Shown: positions 9,421-22,566, numbered from the whole stretch's first letter. The stretch is 59,870 nucleotides of DNA, filler included, from 4 parts of 4 records of this genome joined end to end with filler, not necessarily neighbours in it, one strand, 5' to 3'. Notes: generated by a model from the letters alone, not told the origin. Numbers and translations are program-made.

Positions 9421-10112
9421 ATGGCGGAACAAGACGGACCTTATTTGGTTAGTAGAGGACGTGAGTCTATATTCTCCTTAAGTCAAGTGTGTGAAATTCT
9501 GACGTTGTTACAGTTCTTGATGCAGATGGTATGCGCTTTTGCTCTTGGGATGGGATTGCTCTCCTAACTTGCTGTTATTTTACCTTTAGATCAGTGGTAT
9601 CTTCAGCAGCATCAGCTAAGGCAGGACATGGAACAGTCCACTCGATTGAAGAAAGAAAAAGAACAGTTTTCTCGTTTGAAGGTAGGTCGGAAAAATTGTA
9701 CAAGAACGGTTCGGGCCAGAGTTTAACACCAAGAAAATCTAGAGAAAAATGGAAGAAAAAGAGCTGTTGGAACAAGTGCGTTGGTTGATATTTTCATGAG
9801 TGTGTTGCCTTGGCCTAACATATACTTCAGGAAAATTTGAAAAAGCAGCAAAGGGTTGCCAGTGCCCAGAACTTAAAGAAAGCGAGTGAGAATGAAAAAC
9901 TGTCTTCCAAGTTTTCAAAATCTTCTGGCTCAATAACCAAAGTTGTGGCGGTTCGGAAAGACACTGGCGGAGGAGCTGCTACTTCTAGAGTTTCTGTCCA
10001 GATCGAGGGCAAAGCGAGCGAAACAAAGGACAAGAGCGTTGCCAACAAGAAAGAATCAGCACTTACAGCGTTGGGCGGGTACGACTCAGATTCGTCTTCC
10101 GAAGAAAGCTGA
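9421..10112 (+). CDS. Eukaryotic 5-exon gene, 153 aa, weakly FAM192A/NIP30-like
   Basis: Exons 9421-9460, 9514-9528, 9590-9681, 9743-9775, 9831-10112 join in frame with GT-AG introns of 53-61 nt; RGLLDADD, a coiled coil, and C-terminal LGGYDSDSSSEES. Confidence 0.6.
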
Positions 10113-10328
10113 TGCGCCTACTGCTCTTGAATATGCTATGGTCCCACGTCCCGGCTTCATAATGGCACACCGACGATCGGGTTATTTCCTACTGCCCCCT
10201 CAACATGCACGAAGACACTCCATTGTAAATCGCAAGTGCTTTCTCTCTTGATGGGCTTATGGCTGTTATATCGTTATTCCTTACGGAGAGACATGCACTA
10301 TCGTATGTATGGGACAAAGAAGTGTGCA

Positions 10329-11141
10329 TCAACCGTTCAACTCTGCTTCTAGAGAAGTTACTCTTTTCCGAAGAATCTGCAGGCGGTCTTCTTCATCAGC
10401 AGTGGACGACTTGATGCCTTTCAATTTTTGTATGTGTTCCTGGAAGGTCAGTTATGAAGTAAGTTATATGATGAAGCAACAATTGCCTTCGAATGCTCGA
10501 ACAATTACCTCAAGAAGCCGGACCTTATTGCGTTCAGTTTCCAGTTTTGCCAACTGGTCCTTTCGTCTACTGTCTACCATGTCATAGTTGTTACTGCTGA
10601 TGACTAGGCTATTGAAAGTGTCCTGCAGGGCTCTGATTCTTGCCGACAGGTCGAGGAACTCACGGCGATACTTGTTCCTGAAGATGACCCTCAACACCTT
10701 TGTTCTCTTTTCGTGTTGAGATGCCACTCTCTTGGCTTCCTTAAATACACGTTTAAGTCCCAGTGTTGAATTCATCGTTACAGTTCGCATACATTCAATA
10801 GAGTTTCGAACCTCTCTGCGAGCCTCAGTTCCTCTTCTGCAGGTACAAACGAAGGTCCTTTGAGTTCATATGTTGCGAACAGTCTTTCTACACATAGCAT
10901 TAACGCCTTTGTATTGTCCAAAAGGCTCCTTCTCTTCTCAGAAATTTCTTGAACCTGCGTCGCAGTCAGCAGATACACCAAAGCAGTGGATCAGGTAGTT
11001 TAGGACCTCATCATAAAGCTGTAACACGGCATTGGCCGCCACGTATCCCCGTTGACACGTTATGGCAAGGGTTGCAAATGCTGGGACAGGACTAGCAACA
11101 GCGGCCAAAACTCCGGCAGGTATTACTTCAAGCCCTGTCAT
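10329..11141 (-). CDS. Eukaryotic 4-exon gene, 212 aa, candidate HeLo/MLKL-N-like helical bundle plus coiled coil
   Basis: Exons 11141-11007, 10954-10793, 10739-10509, 10439-10329 join in frame (introns 52, 53, 69 nt); the domain call is inference. Confidence 0.6.
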
Positions 11142-11169
11142 GCTTCTGCTTGCATATGGCTGTAGTTTG

Positions 11170-11600
11170 TAGTATCAGTGAGTGGTGCGGCGCACGACCT
11201 TTATGCAACTTCAGTTCTTCATCAGCCAGCCGGGCCGCACCTGACCACGCCAGCGCGCCTTCGCGTTGGCAGCGCCCCTGTCCGTCCGAGTGAGTCCGCC
11301 CAGAAACTCCGGCTCTGCCAGGGCCTGAGAGACCGGCCGGTCCCGCGGGCCGGGCCCGGGGGCGGCGCCGCGCCCCGACGACCGGAGCGGCGCGGCGCCC
11401 CCCGGCCGCGCCTGACACTGTTCGGAGTCACGGTGTTCTTCCACTGTTCCGAGGCCGGAAACCCGAGCAGGCGCCCGCCGAGGCAGCGTGCCGCCCTGAC
11501 GGCGCTCACTGACTGGCCGGGGGCGGCCGGGGCGGGCCCCGGGGGCGAGCCGCCGGGTCCTGGGCGGCGGGCCACACACCACGTGCCGGCATAAGGGGAC
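11170..11600. promoter_or_regulatory. GC-rich island between divergent genes (putative bidirectional promoter)
   Basis: Very GC-rich and apparently non-coding; TCAGTGAGT at 11175, CTCACTGACT at 11505. Confidence 0.55.
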
Positions 11601-11710
11601 AGTTGAACCGAAACTTCACCTGCCACCTTTTCCGCTTAACTCTTGCTGATGGGCGGGATAACGATAGATACAAGGCGTTTGACAGTCCTCACTTTTGTCA
11701 GTAGACTAAC

Positions 11711-12619
11711 ATGCCATCACCAAATATGTCCACTAGTGAAGGTGACAGACTTTCGGTGCAAAATGAGCTGAAGGAATTAATGAACAAGCGCGGTGATATG
11801 GAAAAAGACATGGACAATATTGTGTATCGGCTAGAAGTCAGCCCCGAATTCAAGCGTAGGTTGTGGTGGATCGTGGCTGCACTTCACGATATTCACTTTT
11901 TTGATCACAGAGGTTGGGCTTCAGGGCCCATTGGTTGATAAGGAGGGGTTTCCAAGAGCAGATATTGATGTTCACGCGGTTAGGACGTTAAGAAATAGAC
12001 TTGCCATGCAAAGGAACGACTATAAGGCAGTCATGTCTAGTATCGAGACCAAATTGCATGAGCTGCACAGTCTCGGAGGCCCAATCAAGACCAACGAGTC
12101 CACGCAGGCGGCCCCCGTAGCTACTGCCCCCCAGAGTGTGTCAAGCAACACGATGGTCGATCCGCGACCGGCCACTGCTCCGGCATCAGCCCCTAGTCAA
12201 GAGGGTCAAGCGGTTGACCTCTCGTCACTGCGGGCCTTCGCAAGAGTGAACACCGTGTCAGCCGGGAGCCCCGCGGAAAGGGCAGGTCTTACAGGAGGTG
12301 GGTGGCCGGATTGTCATTGTTGGGACAGACGGCATCTGTGTTCGTTAACATGGGTTGGTGTTTAGGCGATCTCATTCTTCGCTTTGGAAGCCTTGACCAT
12401 ACCAATTTCAAGGCCTTGGCCGACCTTGCGCCTATCGTGCAGTCCAGCGTGAACAGACCTCTCACAGTAGGCGTGGAGCGAAACGGAGAGAGGTTGACGC
12501 TGTCGTTGACACCGGCGACTTGGGGAGGTCCGGGTCTCTTGGGGTGAGTGCAGATCTCATTATCGACTATTCTCTTCTCTGGCTGAGTCTTAACTAGGTC
12601 ACACATACTGCCTCTATGA
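11711..12619 (+). CDS. PSMD9: 26S proteasome assembly chaperone Nas2/p27, 243 aa, 4 exons
   Basis: LVDKEGFPRADIDVHAVR (Nas2_N) plus PDZ-like SPAERAGL..GDLILRFG..W.GPGLLG.HILPL; exons 11711-11855, 11911-12297, 12366-12543, 12598-12619. Confidence 0.92.
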
Positions 12620-12673
12620 TCATTTACTGTTTGTGGAAACTGAAATCGCCGTTGCGCCAGAGAGCATCTCAAC

Positions 12674-15600
12674 CTATTTCCCTTCGTCGCCTGGCGCGCC
12701 TCCATCTGCAGACTCTGTAGAGGCCGCTGGGTTTGTAAAATGAACATGGTGGTCGTCTTCGTTGTCAGGTTTCACCGGGAGGGGGGGATCCTTGACGAGG
12801 CCTTGGTGCTCAATGTTGCTGTTGGAAGGCCGGGGTGATGAGTAGTCCGGCTTATGGTCTACACCAAGAAACCCTTCTGCCTCAGAGGCTTTCGCCCCCC
12901 CGTGTTGTTGTGTGACCGGCGATATCTCCAGGTCGCCCATGTTTGCTGCGGTGTGGGCCAGTTTCTCGGCTAGGCGCGTGTTAAGCTTCTCGTACAATTC
13001 CTCACGATAAGAGTTCAGCATCCACATTTCAGAATTCAGCAGGTCGATGTCATCCTTAACCCTTTCTAATTCTTTTAGAAGCTCTGAATACCCCAATGCC
13101 GACAATGTGTCCGCGGATCGCCGCCGTACCCTTCCCTCTTTTTCATATCTCTCCACCGGCCCCGATATTTCCGCCCCAACAACAGATTTTTCAGGGGCTG
13201 CGTCCATCAACTTGGCCTCAGCGCGGCCAACGAAGTCCTGAGTAGATATCATGTCAAGATATGTGAGAAAGGGCACACGAGCTCCACTTACCGCAAACTT
13301 CGAAGTGCCCTTCCCTTTCCCTTCTTGCTCTTTACCTTTGCCCCCAAATCCTCTTGGGGAGTTCAAACCATCAGCGCTGTCTGCCTCAGATACGATAGAA
13401 TACGAAGGACCTCTCTCTTGAGTACTGAACACAGACGACCGCCCAGACGCGGACCTCCCCCGTTGCTCGTCATGGACAGAGGTGCGGCGCCCATGAGGCA
13501 AAACCTTTGTCAATAAGTGAAGAGAATTGGTGATCGAGCTTCTGGCTCCCTTTGACATAGGGAATACCTGATTCCTCCTTGCGCTGCAAATTGGTAAGCA
13601 AATCGTATAAATCAAAGAAAAAACACATTACATACCCGTGTGCCGGCCCAAAATCAACATCTTCAACTATCCATTTCGTCTGCATATGGGGTGTAGTAAC
13701 AGCTCGATTAAAACCATCATGTGTTGAATAGTATTCCCTAAATGAACTTGAGCTCATGCCAAACAGTACAGCGCTCTTTTTTGCGAAGCAAGATCCCTTC
13801 CGGCGGTTCTGACCGTCCACTACTTCTTGCATCCCGGCAATTTCTCCCGGATGAACGTTGATATTGTGATCCAATCGCACCGTTGTGAGGACTCCATTGA
13901 AAACAAAATAGACATGGTCTGTATGGTCGCGAATCAGATAGACTGGGTTATTTTCGTTAACGCAAAGCATCGACATCTTCTCAAATACTTTGCTCTTTGT
14001 GTTGTCATCCAACTCGGAGAACACGTTCATGAAGCTCAGCATTTGAGCTTGTGCAGTCATGATTTCATTTCTCATGGCAAGATTCAATTCGCTCTCAGCC
14101 TTAAACAAGGTTTTGAAGTCGTTAAGTTGAACAGCATACACCACACAATACGTATTCGCTACGGCGTTCAGGCCCCGTCTCGGCCTCTGTCCTCCGATTC
14201 CCATTTCATCAAGGTTAGCTTCCAAGAAAGATTTCGCCTCTACAGCCCCGAAGACGCCACCGGCTTCGACGACGCGCATGATCGCATCGTTGGCCGCATC
14301 TTTCACATGAACAACACCTCGCTCCACGAAAAATAAATACTCCGCCAAATCACCTGCACGATACACATGTTGACCGGGTGTGAAACTAACTCCCTTCATC
14401 ATGCTACACAAAGAATGAGAACACACTCATTGTCCCAATACAATAACATACGCTGATAGCGCCCGCTTGGTCGGACCCTTTAGAGCATTCAGCATGGGGC
14501 TTTTCAGAATAACTTTGCTTGTATCAAATTCATGGACCGAGTTCTCCAGGGCCGGTGACAGCATGCTCATAACTGGCCCAAAGATGCTCTCGCCCAATCG
14601 ATTGTCCCAGGTGTATTGATGAAATTCCCAAATTCGCCTCTGTAGTTTCTTTGGGTATCTGCGGTACTGCATGTACGCGTTCAACAGGGACATCCTGTCC
14701 CTAAACTCGATGATGTCCCGTCGAACATTCAGAATGCTATCTGTCATGCGGCCTACAAGGTATGCATACACAGCCACTCCAAGCATTTCCATTATAACTG
14801 CGAAGATGATCTGGCTGTTTGTCTTTGGCGTGATATCACCATAGCCCACTGTGGTAACCGTGGTAACCACCCAGTACACACCACGTAGGTATACATCCCA
14901 AAGGGTTCCCTTGTACTCTCCATCAATAAGCTTCTGGTCTTCCTCCAAGAGAAAGATCCACGAGCAAGAGGCAAAGTGCATCATTAGCAAGCCCCAGGTC
15001 GCTGTAAAGCAAATCCCCAACAATACTGGAATGTACCCTGGTCGTTGAGTTCGAACTTGAATATATGACATTAAGCGATACATTCGAATGATACGAAGGC
15101 ACCGCAGAGGCTTCAGCTCCGATAGAAGTAGATCAAAGGGAAACGTTGCCAAGAAATCCAAAAAGAAGTCACCACTGAAAACGTACATCTTTGCAATAGT
15201 TTTCTGGTTGGTGATAAGTGTGCGTTCAGCCCGGTTCTCTCGGCAAGTAATAAATGTAAGCCCCATGTCTGAGCAAGAAAGAGTTACTTATCAACAAAGT
15301 GCCGTGCAAGCAATATCCCTACCGACAAAAAAGAATATAACGCACAGGTAGTTGACAGACCGGAAGATCCATCCCTGCCAATCATCCGTTTCAAGATTAA
15401 ATGTCAGGTCAAGAGGCACCTGGATCCTATTCACAAGTCAGAGCACATATACATATGGAAACGCGGTCTTCTTACGTCAAGTATATCACTAGGCACATAA
15501 TGAAAAGGTCCCATGCTGTTTTTAACCACGAACGAGGATTAATCATATATTTTGGCTTTTTCTGTACTGTAATTCCAAGCTACACCACTGTCAGATGTAT

Positions 15601-15910
15601 AATCGCATCTCAAAACCACGAGCCTACCATAAACTCGTCTTCCTTGTCCCGTTGTAGCTCCTGTGTTTCCCGAAGGGACTTTCCTTCAACTTTTCCGGCC
15701 TTTTCATGTTGCTCCATGATAGCTTTTTGTTCCGCAATAAGAACTCCCCGAACTCCTTGTTCCTCGCTGGTTTCGCCTTTATTGCCAAGCCTGCCAAGTC
15801 GTGTAAGCTTGAACAGCACCAAAAGTCGGAGTCAGAACTTACACCATGCTCGCAAGGTTGGCCGAGTTGGCGGTCTTTTTCTTCTGTTTTCTCATGAGAA
15901 CCCGAGACAT
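12674..15910 (-). CDS. Cyclic-nucleotide-binding-domain K+ channel (KCNH/CNG-like) with two CNBDs; multi-exon, start approximate
   Basis: DFLATFPFD, S4 LRCLRIIRMYRL, pore TVTTVGYGD, C-linker, two cNMP-binding-like domains in ORF 13470-14426. Confidence 0.85.
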
Positions 15911-16139
15911 GGCTGCCCTTTGTTACAAAAAACGAGGCAGCCGCTCACTAACGAATTGATAATAAATTATGTATGTCTGGTGTGTGAAGTGGCCTGGAGA
16001 ATGCAAGGCAAGTCACCGTCGAATATATGACCGAATACGTGATAAGGTCACACCGATCAGCCCTTCTAAAGCTACCACATTTGGTTGCGTAGAAGATGTA
16101 AGCACTTCTGAACCTTATACGCTACGTGAGGAGAGCAGT

Positions 16140-17700
16140 CGACACTTCGCGGCGCGTCCAGGAAAACGGCACTGGAGTCGCCCCCGGCCGGCCGGTGTGC
16201 CTGAGTGCTTTTTAGTGTTCTTGGTGACCGGGTGCTGCTCGCGGCGGTTCGCGGCGGCTGCGGGGCATGAGCGGACAGCACGGAGCCGAGCTAGCTAGGG
16301 CGTCGGGCGGCTGGCTGAGGGACGGCGCATTGAAGGGAAACCGCGCTGTCGTTCGCACTGGCCGGCGCCGGCCCTTTGCCATCCGGCTCGGCGTGGCAGT
16401 CATCAGTCCCCCGACGAGTGCCGGCGTCAGTGAGTGCCGGGCGGCCCGGGCCGGCGGGGCGCCGGGCGGGTTGCGGGGCAGCTCCCACCCGGGCCGGGCG
16501 GCCCCCCGGCCCTTGGGGCAGCACTTTTCATGCGGACCCGCGGCCGCCCGGCCCTCCGGGCGCTGCCGGGCCCGACCACTGCTCCGGAGTGGCGCCGGCG
16601 GGACCGGCCCGTGTCGCAAGTCCGGTTGATTGATGAGTGGGTGCGGAGGACCAGCGGGGTGATCTGAGGTCTATCTGCATGGGATGTGAAAATGATCTAT
16701 GTGGAATGGTTAACCTGGTTGTGCCGACATTGTTCATGACCGGTTACCGATGACAGCATGAGGATGATGACACACACAGCCTTTGCCGGACGGACTCGAG
16801 GCACGCCACCCCACCCGGCGGGGGCGCACCGGGGCCGCGGCGGCGGCAGCGGCTGCTTGCTGCCCTGATTGATCGACCACGACAGGTGGCCGATGTCATT
16901 GAGCGTTCGATCGAATTCGGCTCGAGCCGATGCCGGTGGCCCCAACCGAATGGCAGTGACGCGCCGACCACTCACCGAGCATTCCCAGCCGGCCGCCGGC
17001 TCGGGCCGCGCGCGCGGAAGCGGCGTCCCGGCCGGGCCGCCGCAGTCACGGGTGACGACGACTGCCTCCTCGTCGGCTGCTAGTGCCGCCGGGCCACGAC
17101 CGGCCAGGCGTTGGCCGCCGGCGACCGGCCGGGCGGGCTTCGCGTCCGGTCAGCGGGCCCGGAGTGTCGTTGGTCACGGCCCGGCGGGACGCCCGGCCGT
17201 CGTCGTCGCCGGTCCGTCAGCGTGCGGCTCGACACGGGACAGCACATTGTGAGTCTCAGGCCAGCGCCGCCACCCCGCCCGCCGCGCTACAGACGGCTTT
17301 CAGTAGGAGTGACCGAGCCCGGCCGGACCAGGGCCGGGCCGCGCGGCAGTCAGAGCCGTCCGCCAACGACAATGCCTGTGTTTGAGCCAGGGTCGGCCTC
17401 GATTCTGGAGGCACGCTGACGCGGGTCGGTCGTGCCACACCTAGCCACACCAGCCCAAGCAACCCCGCTGAGAGGTGGGAGGCTGGCGCCATAGTGTGCC
17501 AGGGAGCGGTGGCTGTGAGGCTACTGGCTTGTGTTATCTGCCTCCGGCTTTGACAGGCTGCGCTTTCAGGGCCCGCGATATTGCAGCATTGTAGCAAGAC
17601 GTCATACGTTGCGGAAAGGGTCGTCACCCGCGGAGGGGCCTTCCTGCTGGCAATAGGACTGGGGCCCACCCTTACCCTAGGGATCACCCTGGCAACCTAG
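16140..17700. promoter_or_regulatory. GC-rich island with lower-GC core (~16670-16790) between divergent genes
   Basis: Only low-complexity P/G/R/A ORFs; GTCAGTGAGT at 16426 and many GTCA/TGAG words. Confidence 0.5.
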
Positions 17701-17787
17701 TTCCAGGCGCTGATGAGTTAGTTTTCTTTATAATTAATGTTGAGGTATGGGTTAGGAATATTTCGAGGCTTCACCGTTGTAGTCAAG

Positions 17788-18212
17788 ATGGCCACAGATG
17801 GAGCTGAAAGTCTTGGCGCAACTTTGAACCCTCCGGATATTCCTGAGGTATGAAGGCTCGATCAAACTATTTTCATTTGTGCTGATTTAAGCCGTTTAGA
17901 CAATTATTCCTGACACAAGAACTAAGCGGGAATCGATTTTGGGGACAAAGAATGTCATTATTGTGCAAACACTGACCTATCTTATTGCTTGCTTTCCGTG
18001 CTTCATTGTAAGTTGCCTTGAATAATGCATTATGCTTTGTTGTCGCTAACTTAAGACAGGGTGTGGGCCTGGCGTTGCTGTGCTCATGGGGTTGGAAGCA
18101 CAGGAAAGATATGAACTGGTTGCACCATCACGAGACGAAGCGGCAGGCATCTATGACGTCTGCTGCGTCTGCAAAGGAAGGTGGCATGGTGCAGCTTGTT
18201 GAAGGTAGGTGA
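17788..18212 (+). CDS. Small membrane protein, 106 aa, 3 exons, unknown function
   Basis: Exons 17788-17847, 17900-18007, 18060-18212 in frame with two 52-nt GT-AG introns; hydrophobic segment VIIVQTLTYLIACFPCFIGVGLALLCSWGW. Confidence 0.65.
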
Positions 18213-18536
18213 TTGTTCGGAGAATTTGAAACTTCTCTAACTATGAGCATGGGGATTAGGGGCAACGTCTGACTCCCAGGTTTGATGACACCTTTGAAAC
18301 GTGTTGTTATCGTGGATTTTTTTTTGAGGATGACGCCGCACTTGCATAGCGCGGACGTTGCGACCTTTCCGTTGATTAATAGATTTTGTCGTAATAGTGA
18401 CAAGTTTGAAACAATGAGAACTCGTTTTGTCTCTACTTTGGATGTTAAGCTTTATCGGCTGGTGCACGATGCACTGTTTTGGACTTGTAACGCCCAAGAG
18501 CGGAGTGGTGAAGGGAAAAAGCAGCTAACACGAACT

Positions 18537-19583
18537 CTAACTAGTCGAAGGAAGTGCGCCTGGCTGGGTCGATGTGTTGGCGGGCGCATCAAGCTTGTAA
18601 GCAAACCTCCATCTAGATGAGGGCTTGTTGTTAATGGGGCGCTCGAAAACCCAAAATTCATCCACAGGAACCACGCCGTTTGTGTTCATGACTTCCTTCC
18701 CCTTCCCATCTGTGACCCGGTGGCCCTGAGGTGTGTTGGTGAGAATACGACCCAAAGAGAGCGAGGCCTCACGGTACACTCACTTGGCGAGAGCAAAATC
18801 GGACAGTAATCTGGCCGAAGAAGTTGTCTTTAACTGCTACTGCCTTCATGCGGCTATGCACAATCATGGTTCCTGTCGTTAGATGTCACTCGCCGGCCAA
18901 CACTGATAGAAATCAACACAACCCACCTTTCTCAAAGCCTGCAAATTCCCATTCATGAAGATGGGTCTTATCACGATGCCGAAGCTTACTCTTGAGCTCA
19001 GCGTATTTTTCTTCTGTGACGAGCGAGCGCAAAGTTGTGATATCTCCCCGAAGGAAGGCTGTGTTGATTGCGATGTAGTCATCTCGGGCTTGACTCTGAC
19101 ACGACTCTCAGTTCATATGACCATATGCCATCCGACAGGTACACACCATAAACACTTCTGCATTCAGCTTAGGAACCAAAATCCGTCCCATTCTCCCCAT
19201 TGCGAATCCAGACTTCGCATTTGACTTCATCTGTGCCCACCAGTGGCGCACTCGCTCAAGCGAAAACAAGGCTGGGGTTGGTTTGAAGGGCTCATATGGA
19301 TCAAACAAAACCCCCGCCGTAGGAATAACAACCCGGACAGGTTTTTGGTGTCTTGCCGCCGGGGGAAGGGTAGCCATGCGCCTCCGTTGGCCAAAATTCA
19401 TTTCCCACCATCCGGCCACTGAAATGCTTGCTCCAGCCCCAAAGTAGTTTGTACGGGAGCACCAGGTTCCTTTAACGCGATTCGTTAGTCTGCATTCAAA
19501 CCAATATTGGAAACCTCAGTACCTATGGAACTGAACCTATTCAGATCAAAAAGGGAGCTTCCAGCAAATAGTCTCGCAGACAT
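18537..19583 (-). CDS. Tim44-like domain protein, probably mitoribosomal mL45; multi-exon
   Basis: Presequence-like N-terminus MSARLFAGSSLF; GVLFDPYEP; FAQITVRF and EFWVFER...WRFAYKL at the C-terminus. Confidence 0.7.
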
Positions 19584-19659
19584 CTTAAATGATGGTCTTA
19601 CCGAGCAAAAGGAATAGGCCACTCTTTCCTTTTCAATTAATTAAAACTTACTAAAGTGC

Positions 19660-20450
19660 ATGATTGCTCCCTCGAGCTAGGCTCGGCGGGAACCATTTGG
19701 CTGGAATATACCCACCGGGCCGGCCGCGGCCCGTGTCACGCGGCCGTCCGGACCCATGACCGGACGGGGCGGCGGTCGCGGCCGCCGCTGCCGCCCCGCC
19801 TGAGTGAGCCCCCGACGCCAGCCTTCGGCAGGGAATGATGACTCGGACCCGGCTGGGGCGCCACCAGCCCTTGCAGGACCGTCCGGCCGCTCAATCGCCA
19901 CGCCCGTTGCTGACTCTCCTCCCGGGTCGGATGACACCAAATTATTTGGGGTCAAAGTTTAGATCATCTCTCGATATAATGCATTGCCTCAAAACAGTGG
20001 ACCCTCATGATTTAAAACGATCATCTATCTGATGTGATTTGAACTTCCGTGCCGCGGGGCGAGAGCTTGACTTGGGCGCGGCGTTAGGTGGTTGGACGAG
20101 TGACTGGCCGCCGCAGCGCCAGCACCGGCAGGCGCCACGCAATGAGTGCTGGCTTAGCCACAGTGTTCGTTGACCGTAACGCAGGCTGGCTGGCCCCCGG
20201 TGGTCAAGGCCGCTGTCGTTGTCGTAACGACTGCGCCTGCACTGTCCGGTCAGTCCTCGCAAGGGCTCAGTTTCGGCGGCATGGGCCCAAACGATGGGTG
20301 CCCTCCTGATGGGGAGCATCACGACGTGGTCGCTCCTGGGGGAGTCAGCCATCGTGCCTCATGGTCCGCCGGCAGGGCCCATGCGTCCCAGTGGCCGGCC
20401 GAGGTCTCGCTCCCTTGGAAAAGCAACCCAAACGGCCCACCGTAGCACAG
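19660..20450. promoter_or_regulatory. GC-rich island with AT-rich core (~19935-20045) between divergent genes
   Basis: Composition shift, no credible ORF, recurrent TGAGT/TGACT words. Confidence 0.5.
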
Positions 20451-20575
20451 GCTTCGGGCTTCATTTGCTATTCGGAAGATATATCACTGTAGTCCCATTT
20501 TTTCAAAGTTGTGCTTGTAACTCCTATTCTTTTACCGGCCTCAGATTAGTTTAGGGCTTTGGGGTATTAGGGGCT

Positions 20576-22430
20576 ATGGAGATCCAGTTCGTGTACCAAA
20601 AGAAAAGGAGGGACTTCGGTCGCCATGTATCATTGCAAGATCATCCTGCTGAAGTGTTGGATACGATCGACCCTGACGAGGTGAGTGTCTAGTCAGTGTG
20701 TCAACAGGGCGTGGCCTGACTTTGAGTTCGAAGACCCTGGGTCAGGACTATATAGAGAAGGCTCTTAGCCATGAGCTTGTGCAGGCATATTGTGATGTAT
20801 CTGAGCACGAGGCAAATACAGTGATTAAGCAGTACAAGAACTCAGGAATGAACCATGTTGAGGGTGGTTGGCCTAAGGAAATCGACTCAACAGAGCCCGA
20901 GCAGCTTGCCCGTTTCAGGAAGAAGGAGGAGAAGAAGGAGGATTATACAATGGCCGTGAAGCAGATTGGTTCTATTGCAGAGCAGTACATGCGGCAGAAT
21001 AACTCTATCGATATTTATCAAGAGTACTTTGATAACATTCAGGCGGACCACAGCGGTGAGACGCCGTCTGCCCGTACTCTGACCATTTTCCGTGATCCTG
21101 TGGAGGCTTTCAGGAGGCCTGTGACGTGCATTTGCTGGCACCCACAAGACGGAAAGAAGCTTGCGGTGTCGTATGCCGTGCTTCGTTTCCAACAGATGAA
21201 GGATGACATGCCTGCTACAGCCTATATTTGGGATATCTCGAACCCTAATTTCCCGGAAATGGAGCTTACTCCTCCTTCTCCAGTTTTGAACCTTCAGCAT
21301 AACCCCAAGGATCCCAACATTATTTGCGGAGGTTGTTACAACGGTCAGGTGGCAGTGTGGGATACGCGTGTCGGTTCTGCGCCAACCAACACATCTTCCA
21401 TCGAAAAGTCCCACCATGACCCTGTTTACAAGTGCGCCTGGATTCAGTCAAAGACCGGTTCTGAGTTTGCTACCATCTCCTCCGATGGCAGGGTATTTTG
21501 GTGGGACACCAGGAAGCACATTGTCGAGCCTACAGAAATTTTGGACTTGGACTGCAAGGGTGACGGAACCTTGTTTGGTGGTGTCAGTTTGGAATATGGT
21601 TCTGCTGGTGGTGCGACAAAGTTTTTGGCGGGCACAGAACAGGGCGCCGTGCTCTCGTGCTCAAGGAAGGGTAAGACACAAGCGGAAAAGGTGCCCATGA
21701 CCTTCTCTGGTCACCACGGGCCAATTGTCGCGCTTGAGCGCCATCCATTCATCTCCAAGTATTTCTTGACTGTTGGTGATTGGTGCGCTAAGGTGTGGTC
21801 AGATGATATTCGCTTCCCCATTATCTCTACAAAGTATCACCAGTCCCTTCTTACTGATGGCTGCTGGAGTCCTACCCGTGCTGGTGTGTTCTTCACTACA
21901 AAGGACGACGGTACTCTTGATGTGTGGGATTACTTCTTCAAGCAGAACGACCCCATTCTCTCTATCCAGGTCACCAACTTCTCTCTACAGACCCTATGTG
22001 TGCACTCTGAGGGCAAGCTTGTATCTGCTGGAGACAGCCGTGGCTCCGTCATGCTCTTGGAGATGTCCGATGGTGTCAGCCAGCTGCAGTCTAACGAGAA
22101 GGCTGCCGTTATGCAGATGTTCGATCGTGAGAAGGTAAGCGCGAGTTTATCTAAGCTAAGTTTGTTGTGAATTGACAGAATTTCTGCAGGCGAGGGAAAA
22201 GAACTTGGATCAGCTCCGTAAAGAAATTCGTATTCGTGAGGCTCGTAGGCGCCAGGAGGCAAACGAGGACACCACTACTGCAGGGACAGTTACTGAGGAT
22301 GACCTCAAGGAAATTGAGGAGAGCTTCTACAAGCAGGTTCTTGAAGAGGACAATGAAGTAAGCATATGAGATTGTTATCATATTGCGACCTGTACTGACA
22401 GCACACCCTCCCAAATTATAGGCCCCGTAG
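20576..22430 (+). CDS. DNAI2: Axonemal outer-arm dynein intermediate chain 2 (WD40); multi-exon
   Basis: MEIQFVYQKKRRDFGR, MNHVEGGWPKEID, QNNSIDIYQEYF, FLTVGDW, WSPTRAGVF, MFDRE. Confidence 0.93.
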
Positions 22431-22566
22431 ACGACACCAAACGTTAAGTAAAACAGTGAACTTTGTAATGACTGAAATAACATCATTTTGAACCGCACCA
22501 TTTCTTCGACTTACACAAGCCGAGAGTACGCAGGGACCACATGCACTATGTGACCTCCACTACCTC

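Noticed and set aside
17400-17720. Possible structured RNA (SRP, RNase P/MRP or telomerase template CCCTTACCCTAG) or MITE end
   Set aside because: The conserved SRP and RNase P motifs could not be matched, and no partner terminal repeat was found; an Infernal scan would be needed
19831-19920. Possible C/D-box snoRNA (ATGATGA at 19835 ... CTGA at 19910)
   Set aside because: The terminal stem is weak, no rRNA-complementary guide was recognised, and TGA-containing words are abundant in these islands
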